From an uncultured Gemmatimonadales bacterium (GTDB lineage Bacteria > Gemmatimonadota > Gemmatimonadetes > Gemmatimonadales > GWC2-71-9), in contig CAVVKJ010000005.1 of NCBI GenBank assembly GCA_963748815.1, forward strand, positions 96,001-160,000: a stretch of 64,000 nt of DNA, given 5' to 3'. How positions within the stretch are numbered: position 1 is the first letter of the stretch; the number at the start of each line of letters is the position of its first letter. Position numbers and translations under genes: made by a program. The notes beneath the pieces are model-generated. The model did not search any database. It was not told the DNA's origin and saw only the letters and a list, made by a program, of their open reading frames with translations. Shown in pieces: positions 22,013 through 32,795 of the stretch.

Positions 22013-24061
22013 TCAAATCTTCGCCCGCCGCAACGACACCGCGTTCACCGCCACGATGATCGACGACGCCGACATCAGCAGCGCCGACACCTCCGGCCGG
22101 AGTGACCAGCCCAGGGAATTGTAGAACACGCCCGCGGCCACGGGAATGGCCAGGAGATTGTAGACACTCGCCCACGCCAGGTTCTGCTTCATCTTCCGCA
22201 CGGTGGCCTTGCTGAGCCGGATGGCCCGCGCGATGTCCGCCGGGTCGGAGCGCATCAGCACCACCTGCGCCGCCGCGACGGCCACGTCGGTCCCCGAGCC
22301 GATCGCGATGCCGATGTCCGCCTGCGCCAGCGCCGGCGCGTCGTTGACCCCGTCGCCTACCATCGCGACAAACCGCCCCTCTCCCTGCAGCGTCTTCACC
22401 TGTTCGGCCTTCTGCTCCGGTCGCACCTCTGCCAGCACACGGGCGATGCCGACGCTCTTCGCCACGCGCTCGGCGGTTTCCCGCAGGTCGCCACTCATGA
22501 GCACCGGTTCGATCCCCATGGCCTTCAGCTCCTCGATCGCCTCGGCCGAGGTCGGTCGTATCGCGTCGGTGATGCCGATGACGCCCACTACCTCGCCTCC
22601 GGAGGCAACCCAGACCAGCGACCGCCCCCGCGCCGCCAGGTCGGCGGCCTTGTCGGCCAATCGACCGGTATCGACGCCTGCTTCGTCGAGCAGGGCGCCA
22701 TTGCCGAGGAGCGTTCGCGCCCCCTCCACCACGCCTTCCATCCCCTTGCCGGGACGGTCGGCCACGTCGGACACCTGGTCGGAGACGGCGAGCTGCTTCT
22801 CCTCCGCGGCGGCGGCAATGGCGCGCGAGAGCGGGTGGGTCGATTTGTTCGCGAGCGCCGCTGCCCGGGAAAGGGCGTCGTCCGCCGAGTGTCCGTCGGC
22901 CGGGAGCACATCGGTCACACTGGGCTTCCCCTCGGTGAGGGTGCCGGTCTTGTCCAGGACGAGGGTCTCGATCCGGCTGAGTCCCTCCAGGGTGGCCGCG
23001 TCCTTGATGAGGATGTTGTGCTTCGCGCCGAGCCCCGTGCCCACGGCCACCGCCGTCGGGGTGGCGAGACCGAGCGCGTCGGGACAGGCGATGACGACGG
23101 CGGAAATCGAGAAGGTCAGGGCAGTGAGGAAGGGGACGTCGGCGAGCAGGCTCCAGCCGGCAAAGGTGAGGACGCCCGCCCCCACCGCCACGACCACCAG
23201 GATCGCGGCCGCCTTGTCGGCCAGGCGCTGACGGGGTGCCTTGGAATTCTGTGCCTTGGACACAAGGTCGGCGATCTGTGCCAGCACGGTATCCTTGCCG
23301 ACCCGCGTGGCGCGCATGGTGACGGCGCTGGTGACGTTGATCGCCCCACCGACGAGGGGATCCCCCGGGTTTCGCTTGACCGGCAGGCTCTCGCCGGTCA
23401 CCAGCGCCTCGTCGACGTCGGTCGCTCCCTCGGTGAGTTCGCCGTCCACCGGGATCTTGTCGCCGGGGCGGAGCCGGAGCAGGTCGCCCACGACCACCTC
23501 ACTCGTCGGTACCTCCACCTCCCTGCCGTCGCGCAGCACCCGCGCCGTGGGCGGCACCAGGTCGAACAGGGCGCGCAGGGCGTCCGAGGTTCCGCGCCGC
23601 GACTTCATCTCCATCCAGTGCCCGAACAGCACGAACGTGACGAGCATGCACGCCGCTTCGTAGTACGACGTCGGCTCGGCGATAATCGTCAGGTAGAGGC
23701 TCGAGAGCCAGGCGGCCAGCACGCCGGTGGCAATCAGCACCGACATGTCGAGTTTGCTGTTCTTCAGTGCGTGGTAGCTGCCGCTGATGAAGATCCAGCC
23801 TGCCCACCAGACCACCGGAATGGAGAGTGCCAATTCCACCCAGCTGGCCAGTGGCGGGTGAATGAGCATCGGCACGCCGGGGACATGTCCCGCGAGCAGG
23901 GCGACCGGGATGGTGAAGGCAAGTGCGACCCAGAAGCGGCGTCGCATATCCCGCTCCATCTCCTTGGCCATCCCCGGGTCGGCCATCATGGAGGCGTGGT
24001 CGTGGCCGCTGGCGCGCTCCGGTTCGGGCGCGTGGTCGTGGTGCTGGTGGTCGTGATTCAT
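22013..24061 (-). CDS. Copper-translocating P1B-type ATPase
   Basis: His/Met-rich N-terminus, TGES, CPDALGLATP, DKTGTLT, GDGVNDAP, YN and MSASS motifs. Confidence 0.93.
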   Translation of the reverse strand: MNHDHQHHDHAPEPERASGHDHASMMADPGMAKEMERDMRRRFWVALAFTIPVALLAGHVPGVPMLIHPPLASWVELALSIPVVWWAGWIFISGSYHALKNSKLDMSVLIATGVLAAWLSSLYLTIIAEPTSYYEAACMLVTFVLFGHWMEMKSRRGTSDALRALFDLVPPTARVLRDGREVEVPTSEVVVGDLLRLRPGDKIPVDGELTEGATDVDEALVTGESLPVKRNPGDPLVGGAINVTSAVTMRATRVGKDTVLAQIADLVSKAQNSKAPRQRLADKAAAILVVVAVGAGVLTFAGWSLLADVPFLTALTFSISAVVIACPDALGLATPTAVAVGTGLGAKHNILIKDAATLEGLSRIETLVLDKTGTLTEGKPSVTDVLPADGHSADDALSRAAALANKSTHPLSRAIAAAAEEKQLAVSDQVSDVADRPGKGMEGVVEGARTLLGNGALLDEAGVDTGRLADKAADLAARGRSLVWVASGGEVVGVIGITDAIRPTSAEAIEELKAMGIEPVLMSGDLRETAERVAKSVGIARVLAEVRPEQKAEQVKTLQGEGRFVAMVGDGVNDAPALAQADIGIAIGSGTDVAVAAAQVVLMRSDPADIARAIRLSKATVRKMKQNLAWASVYNLLAIPVAAGVFYNSLGWSLRPEVSALLMSASSIIVAVNAVSLRRAKI

Positions 24062-27000
24062 TTGACCTCCCGTTCCTTCCAGAGCGAGTAGATGGCTGGA
24101 ATGACGAGCAGTGTCAGCACCGTGCTGCTGACCATGCCGCCGACCATCGGCGCGGCAATCCGCTTCATGACGCTGGCGCCCGCTCCCGTCCCCCAGAGGA
24201 TGGGGAGGAGTCCGGCCATGATGGCCGTCACGGTCATCAGCTTGGGCCGGACCCGCTCCACGGCACCCTCCATGACGGCATCGTACAAGTCCTGGAGTGA
24301 GGGCACCCGCCCGCGGGATCGCTTCGCCTGCCACGCCTGGTCGAGGTAGATGAGCATGATGACTCCAGTTTCTGTGGCGACTCCCGCGAGTGCGACGAAG
24401 CCGATCGCCACCGCCACGGACCAGTTATAGCCCAGCAGCCAGATGAACCAGAGGCCGCCAATCAGCGCGAAGGGCAGCGAAAGCATGACGATGGCGGTTT
24501 CGCCCAGCCGCCCGAAATTGAAATAGAGGAGCAGGAAGATGATGGCAAGCGTCGTGGGGACGACCACCTTCAATTTTGCCGCCGCGCGCTGCATGTACTC
24601 ATATTGTCCGCTCCACACGATCGTATATCCGGTGGGCAGCTTCACCGCTTGAGCCACCATCGCACGCGCCTCCGCGACATAGCTGCCGATGTCTCGGTCC
24701 TCGACGTCGACATATACCCAGGCGGTCGGCTGGGCGTTCTCGGTCCGCACCACCATCGGTCCGGCCTCCTGCCGGATGGTGGCAATCTGGCCGAGCGGCA
24801 CGAACGTTTCTCCCCCGACCGCCCGCGCTCCACCCGCGCCGTCCGACATGCCGCCGGCCATGGGTCTGCCCGGGGCACCGCCAATCCCGTGACTCACGGG
24901 GATCAGCACCGACGCCAGACGCTCCGGGCTGTCCCGGAGCTCGTGTGGGTACCGGATCCGGACGCCGTACCGCTCCCGCCCCTCGACCGTCTGGGTGACG
25001 GTCATCCCCCCCACTGCGGTGGCGATGACCGTTTGCACGTCGCCGACGTTCAGGCCGTGGCGGGCGGCCTCGGCGCGGTCGATGTCGATGTCGAGGTAGT
25101 ACCCCGACACCGCGCGCTCGGCGAATGCGCTGCGCGTGCCGGGAATCATGCGGACCACGTCTTCCACCTCTCGGCCGAGCCGCTCGAGCTCGCCGAGGTC
25201 GGGACCGAAGATCTTGACGCCGACCGGGGTGCGGATGCCGGTGGCCAGCATGTCGATCCGCCCCTTGATCGGCATCGTCCAGGCGTTCGTGGTGCCCGGC
25301 AGGCGCAGCGCAGAGTCCATCTCGGCGACGAGCTTGTCGTTCGTCATCCCCAAACGCCATTCGGATTCGGGTTTGAGGGTGATGGTCGTCTCGAACATGT
25401 CGAGCCCGGCCGGGTCGGTGGCGGTGTTGGCGCGCCCCGCCTTGCCCCAGACATGCTGAACCTCCGGAAAGCTCGTCAGGATCTGGTCCTGGATCCGCAG
25501 GAGTTCCCGTGCCCGTGCCACGCTGATGCCGGGCAGGGTGGTTGGCATGTAGAGAATCGTGCCCTCGTGCAGGGGAGGCATGAACTCGCTCCCGAGGCGT
25601 GTCCAGGGGATCCAGCTTAACATCACGGCCATGACGGCCACGGTCACGACGGCCCAGCGATGCCGCAGCACGAGCTCGATCATCGGTCGGTACCACCGGA
25701 TCAGGACCCGGTTGATCGGGTTGGCCGACTCGCGGTACAGCCGTCCGCGAACGAAGAGCCCCATCGTGACCGGCACCAGCGACACGGCCAGCAGGCTCGC
25801 GGCGGCCATGGCGAAGGTCTTGGTGAATGCGAGCGGGTGAAAGAGCCTCCCCTCCTGGCCTTCGAGGGTGAAGACCGGGATGAACGACACCGTGATGATC
25901 AGCAGCGAGAAGAAGAGCGCCGGCCCGACCTCCCGCGCCGACTCCCCGACAATGCGCCACCGCTCGGAGGTGGAGAGCATGGAAGTTTGGTAGGACGACT
26001 CCGTGACCGGTCGACCGGCCTCGCGGAGCTTGATGTCGACCGCGCGCTCGAGATGTTTGTGCATGTTCTCGATCATGACGATGGCGGCGTCGATCATGGC
26101 CCCGATGGCGATCGCGATCCCGCCCAGCGACATGATGTCGGCACCGACCCCCAGCCACCGCATGGCGATGAACGCCATGAGAATCCCGACCGGCAAGGTG
26201 AGAATGGCCACGAGGGCCGAGCGCGCGTGCAGGAGAAAGAGGATGCAGACCAGTGCCACGATCAGGCTCTCCTCCAGCAATTTCTCGCGGAGGGTGGCGA
26301 TGGCCCGTTCGATCAATTCGCTGCGGTCGTAGACCGGACGCACAATCACCCCCGGTGGGAGGCCCGGCTGCACCTCGGCCAGCTTCGCCTTGACCCGCTC
26401 GATCGTGGTCAGCGCATTCTGGCCGGATCGCATGATCACGATGCCACCGACGGCGTCGCCCCGCCCGTCGAGTTCGGCAATGCCCCGCCGGACGGCGGGG
26501 CCGACACTCACCCGCCCCAGCTCGGCGACGCGGATCGGGGTGCCGCTGCGCGTCGCGCCGACCACCACGTTCTCGATGTCACTCGAGGTTCTTGAGGTAC
26601 CCCAGTCCGCGCACCATGTATTCGCGCTCGGTGAGTTCCACCACCATGGCGCCGACGTCGGAGTTGGCGTTCTGGATGGCGCTCATGACGGCGGTGATCG
26701 GGACGCGGTAGGCCAGGAGGCGCGCTGGATCGAGGTCCACCTGGTACTGCTTCTCGAACCCGCCGATGGAGGCGACCTCGGACACGCCAGGGACGGCCGT
26801 CAGGGCGTAGCGCAGCTGCCAGTCCTGGAGACTGCGCAGCTCCGCGAGCGTCATCGTCCCCGTGGTATCCTCGATGCTGTACTGAAAGACCCACCCCAGG
26901 CCGGTGGCATCGGGCCCGAGAATCGGCGTGACGTTGGCCGGCAGCTTACCCTGAATCCCGTTCAGGTACTCCAGCACCCGGGACCGGGCCCAGTACAGGT

Positions 27001-27304
27001 CGGTGCCGTCTTCGAAGATCACGTACACGAACGAGACGCCAAAAAACGAGTAGCCGCGTACCACCCGCGCGCCCGGCACCTTGAGCATCTCGGCCGCGAT
27101 GGGATAGGTGACCTGGTCCTCGATGATCCGCGGCGCCTGCTCGTTGAACTCCGCCTGGACGATCACCTGCACGTCGCTCAGGTCGGGCAGCGCCTCCAGC
27201 GGGGTGGACCGGACGGCAAAGATTCCGCCGATGATCGCGGCCGCGGTGAACATCACCACCACGAGGCGGTTCCGAAGCGACCAATCAATGATTCGTGTGA
27301 GCAT
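24058..27304 (-). CDS. cusA: CusA/CzcA-family heavy-metal efflux RND transporter; frameshift near 26580
   Basis: PDLSDVQVIV, IMSLGGIAIAIGAMIDAAIVMIEN and RVRPKLMT; encoded by ORFs 26579-27376 and 24058-26568. Confidence 0.9.
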
Positions 27305-28604
27305 CGGCCCCTCCCGTCTCCGGCGCCGGCATCGCCATGCCCGGCATGGTCGGGGTCGGCGATGCAGTGGTGTCACGCGGGACGCCGCGCCGGCTCGGGG
27401 CCTTCATGTCCATTCCCGGCATGTCGCCCATCCCCCCCATGGCCGCGCCGAGGTTCGACTCGGCGTCGAGCAGGAAGGTGCCCGACGCGACGACGCGTTC
27501 GCCGGCGGTCAGTCCGCCGAGGATTTCGATCCGATCGTCGGTCGCGGCGCCCAGCGTCACGTTGCGCGGTGTGAACATGCCGTCGGCGTCGGCGACGAAC
27601 ACGAAGTTCCGTTCCCCGGTGGCGAGGACCGCCGAGCGTGGAACAGTGAGCGCCTGGCGAACCGGCCCGCGAAACCGGATCGTGGCGTACATCCCCGGCT
27701 TCAGGGCAAGGTCGGCGTTGGGGAGTTCCACCCGAATGCGCCCGGTTCGGGTTTCCGGGTCGAGGGTCGGGTACACATAGGTGATGCGCCCCTTCCGCTC
27801 CGTGCCCGGCAGCGCGGGAAATTCCGCTGTCACCTCAAGTCCCTCGTGCGCGGCACGAAGGTCGGGTTCGAAGACCTCGCCTTCCAGCCAGACCTGGCTG
27901 AGGTCGGCGATGGTGAAGAGCGATTGTCCCGCCATGACGCGCTGGCCCACCAGGACGGGCTTCTCGACCACGACGCCGGAGACCGGTGAGCTGAACGGCA
28001 TCGCCTTTCGGATGGTACCGGTCTGCTCGATGGCGGCGATGACGTCGGGGGAGACGTCCCAGTACGCCAGGCGGCGGCGGGCCGATTGCAGCACGTTGTC
28101 GGCGCCCTGCTGGGCGGAAGGCGTGCCGGCCGCGACCTCGGCCGAGAGCCGGTGCGCGATGAGGAGCTCCTCCTGCGCGCTGACCAGCATCGGCGAATAG
28201 AGATCCAGCAGGGGCTGTCCCTTCCGCACCGGCTGTCCGGTGATGTTGACGTACAGCTGCTCCACCCAGCCGTCGATCTTGAGCGCGACGGTTGTCACGC
28301 GTGTTTCGTCGTATGACACTTGCGCCACGGTGCGCACCTCGCGCGCCATCGGACCCCGGAGCACCGCCGCGGTGGTGATGCCGATGCGGCCGGCCTCCTC
28401 GGCCGATAGCATGATCGGCTCCCCGCCGGCACCGGTGGTCGCGGCAGCGTGGTCGTGCGTAGCCGGCGCCTCGGGTGGAGTGCCCGCCCGGGTGAGGAGG
28501 TAGACGAACCCCGCCGTCGCCACCAGGGCCAGCACGCCCAGTCCGGCGACGAGCCGGCCCCGGCGCGGGGAGGTCGGAGGACCCGAGAAGGGAGAGGTCG
28601 TCAT
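27285..28604 (-). CDS. cusB: CusB-like periplasmic adaptor
   Basis: GWVEQLY, YSPMLVSAQEE, LKPGMY, FLLDAESNL; Met-rich tail. Confidence 0.88.
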   Translation of the reverse strand: MTTSPFSGPPTSPRRGRLVAGLGVLALVATAGFVYLLTRAGTPPEAPATHDHAAATTGAGGEPIMLSAEEAGRIGITTAAVLRGPMAREVRTVAQVSYDETRVTTVALKIDGWVEQLYVNITGQPVRKGQPLLDLYSPMLVSAQEELLIAHRLSAEVAAGTPSAQQGADNVLQSARRRLAYWDVSPDVIAAIEQTGTIRKAMPFSSPVSGVVVEKPVLVGQRVMAGQSLFTIADLSQVWLEGEVFEPDLRAAHEGLEVTAEFPALPGTERKGRITYVYPTLDPETRTGRIRVELPNADLALKPGMYATIRFRGPVRQALTVPRSAVLATGERNFVFVADADGMFTPRNVTLGAATDDRIEILGGLTAGERVVASGTFLLDAESNLGAAMGGMGDMPGMDMKAPSRRGVPRDTTASPTPTMPGMAMPAPETGGADAHTNH

Positions 28605-29965
28605 GGGGCGCCTCCTGGCGCGGAAGTGTCAGGCGCGTCGGCAGTCACGACGATCGGGTGCGCGGTCACCATCTCGAGTTCGGCGAGCGCCTGCCCCTGC
28701 GCGGCGTCGAGGCGGATGACCTGGATGCGGTAGCCGTACACCGTCGTGAATGCGTCGAGAAAGGTCATGAAGTCCACGCTTCCCACCTGGTAGGCGGCGC
28801 GGGCGGCGTGGAGCGTCGCGTCCGCCTGCGGCAGGAGCGTTCGGGCGTAGATGGCACGGAGGGCACGGGTCCGCTCGAGTTCGGCGACGAGCTCGGCGAC
28901 CCGGCCCCGGGTGTCGGCCTGCATGGCCTTGAGGTCCTCGGCGGCCATCTGACGCATCGCGGCCGTCTCATCCCGCATCTTCATTTGGCGGCTTCCCGCC
29001 CAGAGCGGCACGGAGGCCCCGAGCATGAAACTCATCATCTGGCCGGTACCGCCGTCCGCCATCGGCTGCCATCCGTAGGCCACCCCGAACTCGAGGTCCG
29101 GCCAGATGTCGCGCCGGGCGAGCTGTTCCGCGGCGGTGGCGGCGCGCACCTGCTCGGCCCCGGCTTGCAGCATCCCCCGGGACCCCATCGCCTCATGGAT
29201 CAACGAATCGGTCAACGGGATGCTGTCGGGAAACCGGGGCAGCACCGGACTGCCGGTCGCTGTGTCCGGCGGGCGATCCAGCGCCGTGTTGAGTCGGGTG
29301 GCCATGGTCCGGCGCATCGCCTCCATCTCCGCGACCTGGCCGGTCATCCGGCCGATCTCGAGTTGCGCCCGAAGGACGTCGGCCTGCTGCGCCTCTCCCA
29401 CCGCGTACATCCCGTTCACCGTCGAGGATACCGCCTCGAGCAGCTGCAGCGTCTCGCGCATGATGGTCAGCGTCCCCTCGGCCTGGTACAGGTCGTAAAA
29501 GGCCATGGCCGCCCGGGCGCGTTGCTCCCAGGTCGACTCGCCCACCCAGGCGCGTTGCGCATCCGCCCGGGCCTGCGCGACATCCTCGGCCAACCCGAGC
29601 TTGCCCGTCCCGGGGATCGGGAACATCTGGCTCAGCTGGATCTGGTTCATGCCGAGCGGCGGCTGGAGCTCGAAACCGGGAAGCTGCCGGTTCATGGTGG
29701 CCAGCTGCAGGCGGGGGTCGGGGAGGCGGCGGTTGCCGGGAACACGGGCGAGCGCGGCATCGGCCGAGGCACGAGCCGACGCGATTCGTGGATTGAGACT
29801 GTCCACCGCGCGGTAGAGCGCGTCGATGGTCAGTGAATCAGCGGCGGTCTGACCCCTGAGTGGGAGCGCCAGCGAGAAGCTGACGAGAACGATCGGGAGG
29901 AAGCGTCGCAGGGCGTGACCCGGCCATGCGAAGCGAAACCCCGGGAAGGGCAATCGCGTGTTCAT
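28601..29965 (-). CDS. TolC-family outer membrane factor of the Cus-like pump
   Basis: Signal peptide, LPDP motif, Met-rich, helical heptads; first gene of an OMF-MFP-RND operon. Confidence 0.88.
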   Translation of the reverse strand: MNTRLPFPGFRFAWPGHALRRFLPIVLVSFSLALPLRGQTAADSLTIDALYRAVDSLNPRIASARASADAALARVPGNRRLPDPRLQLATMNRQLPGFELQPPLGMNQIQLSQMFPIPGTGKLGLAEDVAQARADAQRAWVGESTWEQRARAAMAFYDLYQAEGTLTIMRETLQLLEAVSSTVNGMYAVGEAQQADVLRAQLEIGRMTGQVAEMEAMRRTMATRLNTALDRPPDTATGSPVLPRFPDSIPLTDSLIHEAMGSRGMLQAGAEQVRAATAAEQLARRDIWPDLEFGVAYGWQPMADGGTGQMMSFMLGASVPLWAGSRQMKMRDETAAMRQMAAEDLKAMQADTRGRVAELVAELERTRALRAIYARTLLPQADATLHAARAAYQVGSVDFMTFLDAFTTVYGYRIQVIRLDAAQGQALAELEMVTAHPIVVTADAPDTSAPGGAP

Positions 29966-30036
29966 TTCCTGATCCTGGTTTGCGTGGTGCCGCGTGCGCA
30001 GGCAGCGCAGGAGGCGAAATCACCAACACATGCGGA

Positions 30037-30414
30037 TCAGGCGATGGGAGGGGGTGTTTCCGGGGTGGAGATGACGGAGCGGAGGTTCGGGGACTCTGGA
30101 TCGACCGCCTGGCGCGCCATCGGGGGAGCGACGACATCGGGCACGCTAAGTGACCCGAGTCCGGCCGGGGCGCACCCGGCCATGGCGAGGCAGCTCTGTG
30201 GAGAATGCCCGGGAGGGGCGTCGGGCGTGGTCGGGGTGCATGGATCCGTTGGCCCGTGGTCCATCGGGCCATCGTGGGCCATGTCACTCATGGTGCTCGC
30301 GCCGGCGGGCGCCGCACCGTGATGATCGCCGGCGCACATCGGCTGCGCCCCGAGGGCGGCGAACTGCACCGCCATCAGGGTCATCAGGCCGGAGACCAAT
30401 CTGCGTCTGATCAT
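30037..30414 (-). CDS. Small exported His/Met/Cys-rich protein ending PETPPPIA (DUF2946-like leader)
   Basis: Signal-like N-terminus, MxDMAHDGPMDH, C-x5-C, Pro-rich end; about 70 nt upstream of the OMF gene. Confidence 0.65.
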   Translation of the reverse strand: MIRRRLVSGLMTLMAVQFAALGAQPMCAGDHHGAAPAGASTMSDMAHDGPMDHGPTDPCTPTTPDAPPGHSPQSCLAMAGCAPAGLGSLSVPDVVAPPMARQAVDPESPNLRSVISTPETPPPIA

Positions 30415-30485
30415 AGGTGCAAGGTATGCTGCGGTACCGTGAAGTGCCAGTGAAGCGCGGATGAAACGATTCATGGACTAATCAC

Positions 30486-30511
30486 TGGACCCCGGCTTTC
30501 GCCGGGGTGAC
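30486..30511 (-). repeat. REP-like hairpin, family B (GTCACCCCGGC-GAAA-GCCGGGGTCCA)
   Basis: Exact reverse complement of the copies at 41614, 54677 and 54717. Confidence 0.9.
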
Positions 30512-30529
30512 GACCTTGTCACATTCCTG

Positions 30530-30575
30530 CCCCGCTTCCCCGCTTCCCCGCTTCCCCGCTTCCCCGCTTCCCCGC
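30530..30575. repeat. Octamer tandem repeat (CCCCGCTT)x5.75
   Basis: Read directly; abuts the rhomboid stop codon. Confidence 0.9.
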
Positions 30576-31332
30576 CTACCGCTTGCTGAACCGCTCCAGG
30601 AACTCCTTCTCGCCGTCCGTCAGCCGCGCCACCCCTTCCTGCTGCAGCTTCGCCATGACCCGGTCGAGCTCCTCGAGGTTGACGGGGTGCAGCCCCTCCC
30701 GCTGGATGTGGGACCACCGGGCGACCGCGGCCGAGGATGAGAGCGACGGGGCCGCGACGGTGGCCTGCGCCTGGAACCGTCGCGCCCCGCTGGTCCGTTC
30801 CATCACTTTCAGGTAGATCCACGCGCCCGGCCATGCCGCCGAGGTGCGCGAAGTGGGCGATGCCGTCGCCCGCGCCGCCGAAGCCGGACACCAGTGACAT
30901 GACCGTGAGCGCGACGACCAGCCAGCGGACCTCGACCGGCAGCACCCCCCAGATGTGGACCACTTCGCGGGGCCAGTAGTACGCGAAGGCGAACATCACC
31001 CCGTACACTGCGCCTGAGGCGCCGATGACGCCGATCGCGGGGCTGGTGAACGACAACAATCCCCCCATGACGCCGCTCGCGAAGTACAGGCCGAGAAAGC
31101 GCCGACCGCCCAGCCGCGCCTCAAGCCGCGGCCCAAAGAAGAAGAGCGCGAACATGTTGAAGAAGATGTGCCCGAGTCCACCGTGCAGGAACATGTAGGT
31201 GACGATGGTCCACGGCCGGACGAGGAAGAGCGCCGGCACGAACATCAGCGCATCGCCCAGCGGACGGACGACGATCGTCAGGCCGTACATCAGGACGTTC
31301 AGGAAGATCAGGCGGGCGACCCAGGGTGTCAT
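30576..31332 (-). CDS. Rhomboid intramembrane serine protease; frameshift near 30828
   Basis: HIFFNM, GASG and AHLGG motifs; C-terminal domain in ORF 30576-30806. Confidence 0.9.
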
Positions 31333-31446
31333 GCAGCCTCAGGGAATGGCCGGCGCGGCGCGCCGGCGGACCCGGGAAGGTATGTCGGGGTCGCGGATAG
31401 ACGAACGCCCCGGACCGGTTGGCCCGGGGCAGGAGGGCGGGATGCG

Positions 31447-31926
31447 CTACTTCGACGGCGCAGGCGGCGCGTTGTCGCTGTTCCAGATGTCGTACTTCAT
31501 CAGCCAGGTGCCGTTCACCTTGGTCCACATGGCCATGTACTTGCCGTTGTCGTTGTACACCCCGCCGTTCGGCGTCGGGATGCTGAGCGCCCAGGTCCCG
31601 ACGTCGACCGCCTGGTCGCCGGAGGCGGCGATCACGATTTCCACTGGAGTCACGCTCATCGTGATGCCCAGCTGCTCCAGCCCGCTGAAGTAAGCGTTGA
31701 GGTCGTCGGGGCCGGTCATGCGTTCCTGGTTCGGCGCCAGGAGCACGGCATCCGGGGCGTAGGTCGCGACGATGGCCGCCTCGTCGTAGGCCTGGACTCC
31801 GGCGTTGAACTTCACGACCTGGGCCAGGATCGCCTCCTCCTCGGCCGCCAGGTCGACCGCGGGTGCGGCTGGCTGGCAGGCAGTGAGGGCGGCCACGAAC
31901 GAGACAGCGGAAACGAGACGGCGCAT
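31447..31926 (-). CDS. NTF2/SnoaL-like (DUF4440) lipoprotein
   Basis: Lipobox LTAC; GKYMAMWTKVNGTW...DIWNSD. Confidence 0.8.
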   Translation of the reverse strand: MRRLVSAVSFVAALTACQPAAPAVDLAAEEEAILAQVVKFNAGVQAYDEAAIVATYAPDAVLLAPNQERMTGPDDLNAYFSGLEQLGITMSVTPVEIVIAASGDQAVDVGTWALSIPTPNGGVYNDNGKYMAMWTKVNGTWLMKYDIWNSDNAPPAPSK

Positions 31927-32072
31927 GCGGGCTCCGAGAGGGAAAGTGAAGGAGAGATTATGCACTGTCCGGAGCCCCTTGACCACCCCCCCGGCGGCTT
32001 GCGGAGTTGGCCGACGGGTGCGAACGTATCGGAGACTGGTTTCGCCTCCCGATTCCCATCATCGAGATCCTG

Positions 32073-32795
32073 ATGCCCCTGCCGATTCCCGGCCGAGCCA
32101 CGCTGGCCCTTGCCCTCCTCACCGTCCTCACGAGCGCACCCGTGCCCCTCCTTGCCCAGCAGGCCGCCCCGAACACCCTCACGGCCGCCGAGCGCTCCGC
32201 CGGGTGGACCCTGCTCTTCGACGGCACCACCACGACGGGGTGGCGTGGGTTCCGAATGTCCACGATGCCGGCGGGCTGGGAGGCCAGGGACGGCGCCCTG
32301 ACACGGGTGAGCGAGGCGGCGGACATCATTACCACGGCGGAATACGCCAGCTTCGAGTTGATGCTGGAATGGAGCATTTCCCCCAAGGGCAACAGCGGCA
32401 TCATGTACCGGGTCACGGAGGCGGACAGCAACACCTACGAGACCGGACCCGAATACCAGGTGCTCGACGACGCGGGCCACCGCGACGGGCTGTCGCGCCT
32501 CACCGCCGCGGGGTCCGTGTATGGCCTCTATCCCGCCCCCGACAGCCTGGTCCGACCGGTGGGCGCGTGGAACCAGGCGCGCATCGTGGTGAATGGCAAT
32601 GATGTCGAACACTGGCTCAACGGGACGCTGGTGGCGCACTACGTGCTGGGCAGCCCCGACTGGGAGGCCCGGGTGGCGAAGAGCAAGTTCACGCAGTGGC
32701 CGGGCTACGGAAAGGCGAAGACGGGCTACATCGCCCTCCAGGAACACGGCGGGTGGGTGGCGTACCGGAATATCAAGATCCGGGTGCTGCCGTGA
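32073..32795 (+). CDS. DUF1080 / 3-keto-disaccharide hydrolase family protein
   Basis: GWTLLFDG, NSGI, EYQVLD, IALQEHG and YRNIKIR motifs. Confidence 0.92.
   Translation: MPLPIPGRATLALALLTVLTSAPVPLLAQQAAPNTLTAAERSAGWTLLFDGTTTTGWRGFRMSTMPAGWEARDGALTRVSEAADIITTAEYASFELMLEWSISPKGNSGIMYRVTEADSNTYETGPEYQVLDDAGHRDGLSRLTAAGSVYGLYPAPDSLVRPVGAWNQARIVVNGNDVEHWLNGTLVAHYVLGSPDWEARVAKSKFTQWPGYGKAKTGYIALQEHGGWVAYRNIKIRVLP

Noticed and set aside
22013..30414. Copper cluster as a mobile genomic island
   Set aside because: No integrase, transposase, tRNA or flanking direct repeat was found, and any compositional shift is too slight to judge by eye.
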